Shown here one piece after another: positions 13,741-24,229 of a stretch of 64,000 nt of DNA (its first letter is position 1; every line of letters begins with the position of its first letter). The DNA is taken from positions 39,978,388 to 40,042,387 of the forward strand of contig NC_092670.1 in NCBI RefSeq assembly GCF_964355755.1, read 5' to 3'. Origin of the DNA: Antedon mediterranea. Its lineage: Eukaryota > Animalia > Echinodermata. The translations under genes and the position numbers were made by a program. The notes beneath the pieces were generated by a model. The model did no database searches. It was not told where the DNA came from and worked only from the letters and a program-made list of their open reading frames with translations.

Positions 13741-14214
13741 ATGTATCAATTATGTAGTAGGCCCTACTGTAGATGTAACAGCATTTTCCTATTTATTATT
13801 TATGTGTAATACAATTTTCATATTTGATATTACTTCCCACGCCATGTTCAGCTTTATTTTTTTTGTGGTTGCCCTATTGTCTTTCTTTTATTGCCAACAA
13901 TACTAGAAATCTTGTCAGATAGTCTGAGGTTAACAGTACAGTATCACATCAAGAACTGATGGTAAATTCAACTGTATACTTTTATTAATGTTTTAAATAC
14001 TGTACTATAGTACAAAATACACAATTGTTTTTATTGGTTAGGTTTATTATATTAAAAGAAATTCCATTGCATTATAAACAAAACTGGCCCATTACCTGAC
14101 AGTACTACTATACTAGTAAAATTGATTATGGAATTGTGTGAATGAAATAAATGGTAGCTTTTCTCGGCTAAAATGTCACAAATGATTTATCAAATTTTCA
14201 CTCTGTTTGAATTT

Positions 14215-14474
14215 TGTTATGTCTAGCTATGGTGCCAGTAGGCAAGATGATACATTTGTTTATCAGTATACACTTCCTATGTTATCAGTTGGTTTACAAA
14301 TACCACCTGTAACTATACCAATTTGTATGAGTCATATAGATAGTAGAATTGTGAATAAAAGAGTTGTTAAAAAGTAGTCGAAGTGAATGCATCTATCTTT
14401 GAGTCAGCTTTACAATACTTTACATTATATTACAATACATTACTACTGTACAAAGGTACTGGGGGTATATAACA
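14215..14474 (+). repeat. 5' LTR
   Basis: Identical by eye to 18375-18634; TG...CA ends and an internal AATAAA. Confidence 0.97.
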
Positions 14475-14477
14475 AAT

Positions 14478-14496
14478 TGGCGACGAGGATGGGATT
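14478..14496 (+). promoter_or_regulatory. Primer-binding site complementary to the 3' end of tRNA-Ser(GCU)
   Basis: TGGCGACGAGGATGGGATT is the reverse complement of AATCCCATCCTCGTCGCCA and sits 3 nt after the LTR. Confidence 0.85.
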
Positions 14497-14515
14497 TTAA
14501 ATTCTAAGTGATACA

Positions 14516-15287
14516 ATGGCTGGAATTTCACCACCAGTACCGTTTCTACCTACTCCAGGCAAATCAACGTTAAAGTTTGAACAATGGTTTGAATTTTTTA
14601 CAAATTATACTCTTGCGTCTGGAAGTGACCGATGGAATGCTGAAAGAAGAAAAGCACTATTACTACATTGTCTTGGTACTGAGGGTCAACGTATTTACAG
14701 CTCTTTACCAGAAAGAGAAATTGATCCAAATGATGATGTTAATTCATATGATGCAACTGTTGCCAAATTGCGGGCACATTTTAACCCAAGATTAAACGTT
14801 GTAGCGGAAAGATACAAATTTCGTCAACGTAGACAACTCCAGGATGAAACATCAGATGAGTACGTAAGAGAACTTCGACAATTATCAATTTCATGTAATT
14901 TCGGTGTAATAGCTGATGAAATGAGACCAGTTAGTTGAGAAAACTAATTCTTCCCGTATTCGCGAAAGATTACTTCTGGAAACTGAACTTACATTAAATA
15001 CTGCCATAGAAATTACAAGGCAATGCGAACATGCTGCAAAAGAATGCCAAATAATAGGTAAAGCTGAACTACCAGTACCTGTTTAGGTTTGTAATTACTC
15101 TTTCGTATCTGCTCAACAGCCAGCAAAATACAAATCCAGTGAGTACTGTTTTCGTTGTGGTTCGAAATCGCACAAAGCAAATGATGTCAAATGCAAGGCA
15201 AAGAAAGCTAAATGCAATAAATGCCGTAAGATAGGACATTTTGCTAGTGTTTGCAGAAGTGTTGAAATTGAAAATATTGATGAAACC
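14516..15287 (+). pseudogene. gag: Gag, disrupted (frameshift at ~14924, in-frame TAG at 15084-15086)
   Basis: ERYKFRQRRQLQDETSDEYVRELRQL..DEM/DQLVEKT..IRERLL, followed by zinc knuckles CFRCGSKSHKANDVKC and CNKCRKIGHFASVC in the pol frame. Confidence 0.85.
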
Positions 15288-18200
15288 ATGTCTGTTAATG
15301 TGATGGTTAACAGAAAATTACGCACTGACGTATTGATAGGTCATTCAGCAAAAGTGAACATGACCATAGATACTGGTTCACCAGTTACAATTCTACCCAA
15401 AAGAATCTATAATCGATATTTTGTCAACGAAGCTCTACAAAAGGCGTCAATCAAACTGATGACCTACTCCAAGGAACCGATACATGTGCATGGATTTGTG
15501 AATTTACCAGTTACCCTTGCCAGTGAGCCAGAGAATAAAGTGCACGCGAAGATTTACATTGTAGAAAAAGGATCGCCTATTCTCGGGATGGACTTGATTA
15601 GCAACCTAAATATTAACATTGTGAAAGGACAAATTGCTTACGTCCAAGTTGCTAAAGATACTACTACAATTGATGATGCTGAATACAAGCAAGAACTGAA
15701 AAAGAACTATCCGAGATTGTTCAATGGGAATGTGGGGCTCGCGAAGGATTTCGTACATAAAGTTATGGTCCGCGAACACTGTACACCGAAAATTCAGAAA
15801 TTACGAAGCTTACCATTTACGGTAAGAGACAAAGTTGCTAAAGAACTTGATAGGTTAGAAAGCCAAGGAATTATAGAGAAAATTAATGCAAGTCCTTGGG
15901 TAAGTCCTATTGTCGTAGTAGGTAAAAAATCCGGTGATGTACGTATTTGTATAGATTTAAGAGAAGTTAACAAAGAACTTGTAGTAGACCAATTTCCTTT
16001 ACCTGATATTTCAGAATTATTCAATTCATTGCATGGTGCTACTGTATTTTCTACGTTAGATCTTAGATCTGCGTACCATCAATTGACATTACATAAAGAA
16101 AGTAGGGATTTAACTGCTTTTATTACGCATCAAGGCCTTTACCGTTATAAGAGAGTATGTTTTGGTCTTGCTTCCGCACCATCTGCATTTCAGAAAACAA
16201 TGAGTTCAATCCTAATGAATGCAAAGGGGGTACGTTGCTATCTTGACGATATTGTTGTCTTTGGTAAAGATGAACATGAACATGCTATTAATATGGAAAA
16301 TGTTCTAAGTAAAATACAAAAGGCAGGGTTAACGCTAAACCTTGATAAATGCAAATTTAGAGTGAAACAAATTTTATACTTAGGTCATACAATTTCGGCT
16401 TCAGGACTTCAACCTGATAATGACCATGTAAAAGCCATAATCGAGGCAAAAATTCCAAACAACATCTCTGAATTGAGAACTGCTTTGGGAATGTTTGGAT
16501 ACTATGCAAAATTTGTACCAAATTATGCGACTACATCAGAACCATTAAGGTATTTGCTAAGGAAAGAAAATGCGTTTGTGTGGGGTACTGAACAACAAGC
16601 CGCATTTGATAAATTAAAGAATAGTATTGCTAAAAGTACTGCATTGAATTTGTTTGATCCCAAATTACCAGTGATTGTTACCACTGATAGTTCAGATTAC
16701 GGAATAGGCGGTGTGCTAAGTCAAATTAAGGATAACATTGAAATTCCTATTGCATTTACATCCCGTACATTAACAAGTGCAGAGCGTAATTATTCAACAG
16801 GGGAGAAAGAAGCATTAGCTTGTGTATATGCTTGTAAAAAATGGTTTAATTACTTATTGGGTAACAAATTTACATTACGTACTGACCACAAGGCTAATTT
16901 AAAATTGCTAAGTTCATGTGCTACAGGTCATAAAACCATGCGAATTGCTAGATGGGCAGAGTGGCTACTTAATTTAGATTATGTGATTGAATATGTTACA
17001 GGGCAAAATAATTCTGTTGCCGATGCTTTAAGTAGACTCCCCATAACAGAAAATAATCCTTCTGTTGATAATAGTGATGAATATGTATTAAGTTATATAT
17101 TGGATGCTAAAACTTGCATTACAAAACAAGAGTTAATTAAGGAGACAAATACTGATCATGTGTCAACATTACTTAAGAAGTATATTACAACTGCATGGCC
17201 AAGTAAGAAAATGTTAAATGAAGAATTAAAACCTTACTACCTTGTAAAAGATGAATTGTGTTTAAATGATGATTTAATTATGAGGGGGGAGAGACTGGTA
17301 ATCCCAAAATCATTGCAATGTAAAATAATTGATGAAGCACATACTGCACATCAAGGTATTGTACGAACTAAAAACAGGATTAGAGAACTATACTGGTTTC
17401 CTGCTATAGATCGTAAAGTAGAAGATAAAATTAAGAATTGTGAACCGTGTCAAAATAGTGATAAGACGGCTAAAACTTACAATGCGCCATTACAACCAAT
17501 TGCGTTACCAGAACATGCATGGCAAAAAGTTGCTATTGATATAATAGGCCCATTTGAAAAGGGACCTAGAAAGTGTAGATATGCTATTGTGTTAGTTGAC
17601 TATTTCAGTAAATGGCCAGAAGTTTCTTTTACTAATGATATTACATCTACATTTGTATGTAATTTTCTCGATCAGATATTTGCAAGAGAAGGATTACCAA
17701 ATGAGTTGGTATCCGATAATGGGAAACAATTTGTATCCATAGAGTTTGAAAATTATTTAAAGGAGAGAGGTATTAAACACATTAGAACATCATTGTACTA
17801 TCCTAAAAGTAATGGATTAGTTGAAAGAATGAATAGAACAATTAAACATACCATTCAAATGGCCAATGAAAATAATAAGAATTGGAATGAGGCCATGTTA
17901 GAATTTCTTATGATCTATCGATCTACACCTCATGCTGTTACAGGCATATCTCCTGCAGAATTATTACATAAGCGTAAATTAATTACTACACTAAATGTAA
18001 GACCTACAGATGGTTACCAAAATGGAATTAAACATACTGAGAAGTATTACGATGATAAGAAAAATGTGAGGAAACCACAATTTAAAGTGGGAGATTCAGT
18101 ACGAATTAAGAATCCGAGACATGTTGATAAATCAAGTAATAAGTTCTATAATGGAGGAAAAATTAAAAGAATTGTTAGTAATGCTACATATGAGCTAGAT

Positions 18201-18344
18201 GATGGAAAGATCTGGAATGCTAAATACCTAACAAATGATCTAACCACACAGAAACAGAAAGATACTGTTGTACATACATTTGATAAAGATAGACCTAGAC
18301 GTGAAGTTTATAAACCACGTTGGTTAATTGATTACACTCCCTAA
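15288..18344 (+). CDS. pol: Gypsy Pol polyprotein (protease, RT, RNase H, integrase), 1018 aa open frame
   Basis: IDTGS (protease); LDLRSAYHQ and YLDDI (RT); TDSS..EKEALA..TDH (RNase H); HTAH..CEPC and DII/SDNG/VER (integrase). Confidence 0.95.
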   Translation: MSVNVMVNRKLRTDVLIGHSAKVNMTIDTGSPVTILPKRIYNRYFVNEALQKASIKLMTYSKEPIHVHGFVNLPVTLASEPENKVHAKIYIVEKGSPILGMDLISNLNINIVKGQIAYVQVAKDTTTIDDAEYKQELKKNYPRLFNGNVGLAKDFVHKVMVREHCTPKIQKLRSLPFTVRDKVAKELDRLESQGIIEKINASPWVSPIVVVGKKSGDVRICIDLREVNKELVVDQFPLPDISELFNSLHGATVFSTLDLRSAYHQLTLHKESRDLTAFITHQGLYRYKRVCFGLASAPSAFQKTMSSILMNAKGVRCYLDDIVVFGKDEHEHAINMENVLSKIQKAGLTLNLDKCKFRVKQILYLGHTISASGLQPDNDHVKAIIEAKIPNNISELRTALGMFGYYAKFVPNYATTSEPLRYLLRKENAFVWGTEQQAAFDKLKNSIAKSTALNLFDPKLPVIVTTDSSDYGIGGVLSQIKDNIEIPIAFTSRTLTSAERNYSTGEKEALACVYACKKWFNYLLGNKFTLRTDHKANLKLLSSCATGHKTMRIARWAEWLLNLDYVIEYVTGQNNSVADALSRLPITENNPSVDNSDEYVLSYILDAKTCITKQELIKETNTDHVSTLLKKYITTAWPSKKMLNEELKPYYLVKDELCLNDDLIMRGERLVIPKSLQCKIIDEAHTAHQGIVRTKNRIRELYWFPAIDRKVEDKIKNCEPCQNSDKTAKTYNAPLQPIALPEHAWQKVAIDIIGPFEKGPRKCRYAIVLVDYFSKWPEVSFTNDITSTFVCNFLDQIFAREGLPNELVSDNGKQFVSIEFENYLKERGIKHIRTSLYYPKSNGLVERMNRTIKHTIQMANENNKNWNEAMLEFLMIYRSTPHAVTGISPAELLHKRKLITTLNVRPTDGYQNGIKHTEKYYDDKKNVRKPQFKVGDSVRIKNPRHVDKSSNKFYNGGKIKRIVSNATYELDDGKIWNAKYLTNDLTTQKQKDTVVHTFDKDRPRREVYKPRWLIDYTP

Positions 18345-18361
18345 ATGTAACATGTGAAATT

Positions 18362-18374
18362 AGGAGGGGAGAGA
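18362..18374 (+). promoter_or_regulatory. Polypurine tract
   Basis: AGGAGGGGAGAGA directly abutting the 3' LTR. Confidence 0.9.
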
Positions 18375-18634
18375 TGTTATGTCTAGCTATGGTGCCAGTA
18401 GGCAAGATGATACATTTGTTTATCAGTATACACTTCCTATGTTATCAGTTGGTTTACAAATACCACCTGTAACTATACCAATTTGTATGAGTCATATAGA
18501 TAGTAGAATTGTGAATAAAAGAGTTGTTAAAAAGTAGTCGAAGTGAATGCATCTATCTTTGAGTCAGCTTTACAATACTTTACATTATATTACAATACAT
18601 TACTACTGTACAAAGGTACTGGGGGTATATAACA
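18375..18634 (+). repeat. 3' LTR
   Basis: Identical to the 5' LTR and followed by TSD AATTT. Confidence 0.97.
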
Positions 18635-19116
18635 AATTTCTTCCCACAATGTTCACATTCATATGGTGTCTCTCCTGTGTACTCTCCCAAATGTCTTTTT
18701 AAATCTAGGAAAAATCTCACAACGTTCACATCGAAGAAGTTTAAACTCCTGGTGTGTTTGAACGTTCAGCTTGAAATCATTATCATCATTGAGTAGTTCA
18801 TTGTTAGTCTGCATGCATCCCCAAATGTATCTTCAAATCATTTAACACAAGTTTATCTCCACAATGTTCACATTTGTATAGATTCATTATTATGTAATAA
18901 GTACAGTAAGTCTGACTTTCCCTGGCTGTTTCCACTGGGTATTGGTACACTTTCCAGAAGTCACTGAAAATAAGAAATAACCCACCAATCAAAAAGAAAA
19001 TACACTGAAATTAAAATTGTGTACAAAAGTATGTAAATATAAATATCACTTGAAAATATAGTTTGAATTTACAGTAGGCCTAGGACAAATAACAACTTAA
19101 GTAGCATTTTGTCGGA

Positions 19117-19540
19117 TTTTGATTTGATTTATTTCAGCATCAGTACATAAAAAATCACAGACATACAATTAAAAATAGCAAATATAAAAAACCAAGAATA
19201 AAACAAGAAAGGATGCCAAGAATAACTCATAAAAGTCCTATGCGGACTTGTTTCCAATGAGGTCCTTTGAAAGAACAGCAAAAAAACATACAATGAAACA
19301 TATAAAAATTACAAAAAAAAAACAGCAAAAGGACTATCAAAAATAGATGAAAGCGCTTATTAAATAGTTTCTAGAGCTAGTGTACGTTCCTGTAGATACT
19401 TTTTAACTTTACTTTTAAAACAACAAACAGTTTGTGATTCCTTAATGTTAATTGGTAAGTTATTCCATTCCTTAATAGCATTGTAAAAAAAGGTCACATG
19501 TGCCATTGGCTTGATAGTTGGAATTCTAAAATTAAAATTG
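19117..19540 (-). mobile_element. 5'-truncated CR1/L2-type LINE (ORF2 C-terminus and 3' UTR)
   Basis: TFFYNAIKEWNNLPINIK..FKSKVKKYL, stop at 19360, tail AATAAATCAAATCAAA. It abuts the ZU5 half-exon. Confidence 0.8.
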
Positions 19541-22500
19541 CAGTGTATGATAGGAGCAACTCGTGTTTCATTTGGCTGTTCCTGTTTTAAGTGTTCATCT
19601 TGATCTAAGTAGATGTATACCTCTTGTCTTGTTCCTTGAGGAATTGCACCTTCTGGGATAAAGAGATTAACATCGGCATCTTTGATGGTTAGGTTACCGC
19701 CTTTATGGTCGAATATTCCGGCAGCAAATATTGAAGTAAAAAAATTGAATTCAGATACGTCGTCTTTCAATTTCATCATTGAAACTTTCTCACGAAAAAT
19801 CCGAAGCATCTTTTCATAAACAGTGCCTTGCTCGTCTTCGATAGGCTTTGGTGGTCCAAGATCTAAATTATAAATAAATTATAAATATTTATCAGAAGAT
19901 AATTCTTCCATGGTTTTATTGGTAAGAGTTCATACGGGATAGTGAGAGAAAATGTGATTCGTTTTTATACTGAATTCTATCCATTCCATCATTAAAATAC
20001 TGTATTTATACAAAAATAAATATTAATTAAGCCAAATTGAAACAGTGGAGTAAACATATAGATACAGTTATAATTAGATTTCGGTTGGGCGGATTTTTCT
20101 CATTCTCAAAGATAACATCATTATCATTTCTAAACTTATAGTTTGAAGGATCAATTGTAGGACCTACAAGTGATTTTTAAATCAAAATTAAAATTGGCTA
20201 CAGTTTAGTAGTTGACCATCAGCCGTGAATGAACTTGGTAGGTAGGCCTACCATGAGTATATACACATGAATGAGAGAATTTAATGTATTATTATATTTA
20301 ACCTTGAGTATAACATAGTTTTGGTGTTGGTGTTTTATCAAATGTTTTATCAATAGATACAATCTTTCCAAATTGAGGAAGTTTTTTCGACCTATAAAAT
20401 AGACCTATCTAGATTAAACTTATCAAGACATCCAACATTTTTTCAAGGTTGTAATTAGACACGTGTTGTTATAATTACAGTATAATTGTTTTTGTGTTGT
20501 TGTTATTTTATAATGCATTTAATTTAATCTTGTCTTTGAGGAGATACATGATATTCTATGTAGACCTACTCTTTAGGTTTTTTTGAATCCGTTCGGAAGC
20601 AGACATTATTCCGGCATCTTCCAGATGCTGACATAGGATACTGCAGAACTCTCCAGAAGATGTTTCTTTTAGAATGTTTAACAAAGCAGCGGTTGGAGAT
20701 GAAATAAATGGATTTTTATCGTAAATTGCAATCATTGGATCAAGTTTCATTTGCATGGCCAGACCTCTCCAGTCGCGACAGTCGGCTTCTTTTCTATCAA
20801 GTTCCATACAGAGGTCGTGACAAACGTTAGCTGGTAGCTCAAGATCATCCAGTGGACCAAATATGCGATCACATGCTACCATCAAGTTTGTGTCTCCTTC
20901 TGCAGCAATAGGTGCCCGTATTGTTGTATATGGACCCTACAATATTAGAATATTAAACAGATTAGTAAGTGTTTTGATTTAAACAAGCAGTCTCTGTATG
21001 ACCTCGGGTAATTAATTTTGGCCCTATGTATATGCCATGGTACTTGATGCAGTGATAGACCAAAAATAACAAAATCATACATACTTGCGCATCTGGTCTC
21101 ACTTCGAGAAATATTTCATTACTCCCGCCATCTTGTCTTGATTTCACTCTACAATGCACTGTCTGTTGTTCGGAATCTGTAGTTTTCAGTCTAAAGCGAC
21201 GGGAGGGTGGTGTGCTACCTTCTTCATATGGTTCGCACCAAAAGTTTTCGTGACTTATTTCCTGTGAAAATTGTAATCTGTATTTATTTTTCTTCCTTCT
21301 GGTGCCATACTGTCGAATGCTTTTTTATAAACATGGATGAGAAATACATTTATTTATGTCCTCCATGATAAAACCATTTTGTTGGTTATATCATGAAGTA
21401 GTTTTAAATACAGTACAATACATTTTGTGTTTTAAACAAACTGATGACTGACGGACGGGCCATAGGCCTATTTTTCTACCATGGCATACAGCGTATCCTT
21501 ATCAATGTTTTGTAACACTTGAATCAGAATCTTATTTTCACATTGTTATTTAGAGCAATGGATATAGTTCTCGTACCTCCACGCCTTAAAATCAGTTTTT
21601 AATTTACTCACCATTCTGTCTTCATAATCGGATTCCCATCCTTCTTTTATATTAGAAATGTATACCATGACGTCTCTACCTGTATTTTGTATACGCAAAG
21701 TCTTTATCGCATCCATTTGACGCTCTCTGAGGTCATGTTGCTCTGACATAACGACCTGTTGATTGAGAAATCAAATCATTTCGATATCTCTTAATTATAT
21801 TCTGTGATTTGCCATTTTAAATAAATATAGAGTTAATTTCATTTATCTTGATTTTATGACGGTTGATAAAGCAAAAATATTGCATTGAATACAACACTAA
21901 TGTGGTACCTGTATGGCTATAATTTTTTAGCCCCTAAAGAAACAAAAAAATACACTTGTTGCTAATAACCAACTAACCTGTTTGTCATGTGGAATCCATG
22001 CGCGAAAATTAAAAGTATACGAATTACTTCTGTCGTAACTTTTTCCAAAAGTGCAAACGTTGATAAGCTTACAACCATCTGGCTGATGGATGCTACCTTT
22101 TAGTGTAAAGTTGGTGAAATGGTTGAGCACATGCTTACTCCATCGGCGACATCATCAATGTTTTGCCAATTACCGTCATTAGCATCACTGGAATTTTGAA
22201 TCAGACTTGAAAATGTCCATTGATCTTCTCTTTCGGCACAGTGTGGAAATGTTAGAACGAAATGTGCATCAAAAGTAGTTCCTGGTGGACCACAGTGTAT
22301 GATAGGAGCAACTCGTGTCTCATCCCTGTTGTTCAGCTTCAAATGTGCATCTGGATCTAAGTAGATATATACCTCTTGTCTTGTTCCTTTAGGAATTGCA
22401 CCTTCTGGGATGAAGATATTGACATTGGCATCTTTGATAGTTAGGTTACCGCCTTTATGGTCGAATATTCCCGCAGCAAATAATGAAGTAGAAAAATTTG

Positions 22501-22639
22501 TTTCAGATACGTCTTTCAAATTTGAAATCTTCTCATGAAAAGTTTGAAGCATTTTTTCTAAAGTAGTAGGCCTACTTTGTCCGTCTGTGAGATGTATTGA
22601 TGCCATAACTAAAAAATAAACATAACAACGTGCTTTAGT

Positions 22640-22925
22640 TTTGTCTTTCAGCAGTTGAGAGTTCGGACTCGGTTCGGTGGCTGAACGGTTAAAGCAGGGG
22701 CACCGACAACCAAGTCCACATCAAGTGTACATAATATGTTTCGTATTAATGTATACAGTATTAATTTTTTATGTTTTAATTTTTTTTTTACCATATTTAA
22801 TGACCTTGGGAGTGGAGTTGTAATTTTGTCCTTAGAAAAAATCCTGACATGTGACAAGACTTGAACTCAGGATCCTTGGAGTGGTAGCCAAGCATCATAA
22901 CCACAAGCCACAACTCCACTCCATT
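22640..22925. mobile_element. tRNA-derived SINE fragments
   Basis: A/B-box-like head on the minus strand (GTGGCTTGTGGTTA..GAGTTCAAGTC). The GGTTAAAGCAGGGGCACCG motif recurs at ~27963 and ~58325. Confidence 0.5.
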
Positions 22926-23185
22926 TATAGTACTACAGTTAACAAATAAATACCTGTCTTCAAAGTCTTCAAACAAGTAGTACTTTTATTCGGAAGAATT
23001 TGAATAATCTGATAATATAAACAAAAATATACCTTGAGAAGCATTATTTGATTCTGACAGTAGTCCTGGCATTGTTTCTTTATCAGCAGCCATCGGTGGT
23101 AACTTATCAATACCTACATGTAAAAATAAAATTATTTAGAATTAGAATGCAATTCTGTTAGTACTTAGAACAAACCAGTACATAA

Positions 23186-23573
23186 AGCCGATTTTCCACT
23201 AGGCGAATTTGTTCGTGCGAATCAAACGTTTCGAAGAGAAAAAAATCGCCTACTCTCTTTCCACTACATGGGCGAATAGCTGCGACGTTCATGTTCCTCG
23301 CGTGGTTGCTGAGCATTTCGATTCGCATGACTGCTCATGAAAGCCTCATAGCTCATTTCCTGAGCTCTGATTGGTTGCGCAATATTTCGCTTCGCAAAAA
23401 GTAGAAACAATTTATTCGAACTAGTATAGTAATATAAATTTCGCTGCAGCGAAAAATCAAGGAACTAGAATTCGTCGCAGAAGGGAGTATGACAGACAGA
23501 AACTCGAATACGCATGCGCAGAGCATGACGCTTTCGATTCGCGCGAACAAATTCGCCTAGTGGAAAATCAGCT
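23186..23573. mobile_element. Harbinger-like MITE with ~38-bp TIRs
   Basis: AGCCGATTTTCCACTAGGCGAATTTGTTCGTGCGAATC / GATTCGCGCGAACAAATTCGCCTAGTGGAAAATCAGCT, flanked by TAA and TTA. Confidence 0.8.
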
Positions 23574-24229
23574 TTATGAAGGTAACATTATATAAATAAA
23601 AATAGCAAAAAATAACTTTACAATGTAAACTGTAATGCGTTTGTCATGAATGTATGCATAGTTCTATTTGCTTTGACCTAAGAATCAGAGCGTAAACGCA
23701 AGGCATTGTAATGTTGATCGTTGTGTATGAACACCTTGACTTTTAACGCCATTGATTATCGTACGCATTGCGTTCGATAACAAACCTAACGCTTATTATT
23801 ATCTTCTTTAACCTTTTATTTATTTTAACATTTATAGAAAATATAATTAAATACCTTGCGAATCACTATGTGTTCTTCTTCTTCTAGTCGTCCCCGCAGG
23901 TGCTGAAAATTGGCGCCGAGCTGGTATATTATCACGTATAATGACAAGTGGGCCCGGTATGGTGATAGACCTTTCCAGCTTTGGACGATTAAGACCTGCA
24001 CATTTATTAGTGAATGTTCAATATTTAATAGGCCTATACAGTATACATGGTATACGGTAATTATGGTACAAATACACCATGCCATGAGCACATTTCAGTC
24101 TTTGATTGTGTTGGTAATTCTGTCACGACTAACTAATCAAACCGGATAATACAATTGCATCGTCTGGTCGGTCATCGTTGTTAAATCATGATCATCATCA
24201 TGAAGATGACAATTTCGGAATATAATGGT

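Larger units (their letters stand above)
14215..18634 (+). mobile_element. Full-length Ty3/Gypsy LTR retrotransposon (Mag-clade-like)
   Basis: Identical 260-bp LTRs (TGTTAT...ATAACA), 5-bp TSD AATTT (14210-14214, 18635-18639), tRNA-Ser PBS, PPT, gag with two zinc knuckles, and pol in PR-RT-RH-IN order. Confidence 0.97.
14150..18965 (-). pseudogene. Degenerate C2H2 zinc-finger gene interrupted by the Gypsy element
   Basis: YKCEHCGDKLVLNDLKIHLGMH lies at 18804-18890. Removing the element and one TSD joins DLKRHLGEYTGETPYECEHCGKK|FKQSENLINHL*. Stops and frameshifts are present. Confidence 0.75.
5944..19862 (-). pseudogene. ZU5-UPA-death domain (UNC5CL/PIDD-like module) pseudogene, copy A
   Basis: Exons: 19862-19541 plus 10129-9795 (one ZU5 exon split by an insertion), 9675-9536 (TGA stop, 4 bp shorter than the paralogous exon), 9320-~9288 (cut by a MITE) and 6356-5944 (death domain, DWRALADGMG). 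Colinear with copy D. HFT has mutated to HST. Confidence 0.85.

Noticed and set aside
15084-15086. Programmed stop-codon readthrough or frameshift between gag and pol
   Set aside because: The TAG lies upstream of the zinc knuckles, and the frameshift removes conserved residues (DEMxRDQ) with no slippery heptamer. Both look like mutations.
19360-19809. 149-aa ORF as a genuine ZU5-LINE fusion protein
   Set aside because: It is a chance in-frame junction between half a ZU5 exon and a truncated LINE ORF2 tail. Half a ZU5 is unlikely to fold.
22855-22925. tRNA genes here and at ~47640-47735 and ~55040-55110
   Set aside because: These are degenerate A/B-box heads attached to SINE bodies, with no clean cloverleaf.
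22954-23008. Extra 55-bp exon in copy C
   Set aside because: It would need a 24-bp intron and breaks phase with the 23113-23033 exon.
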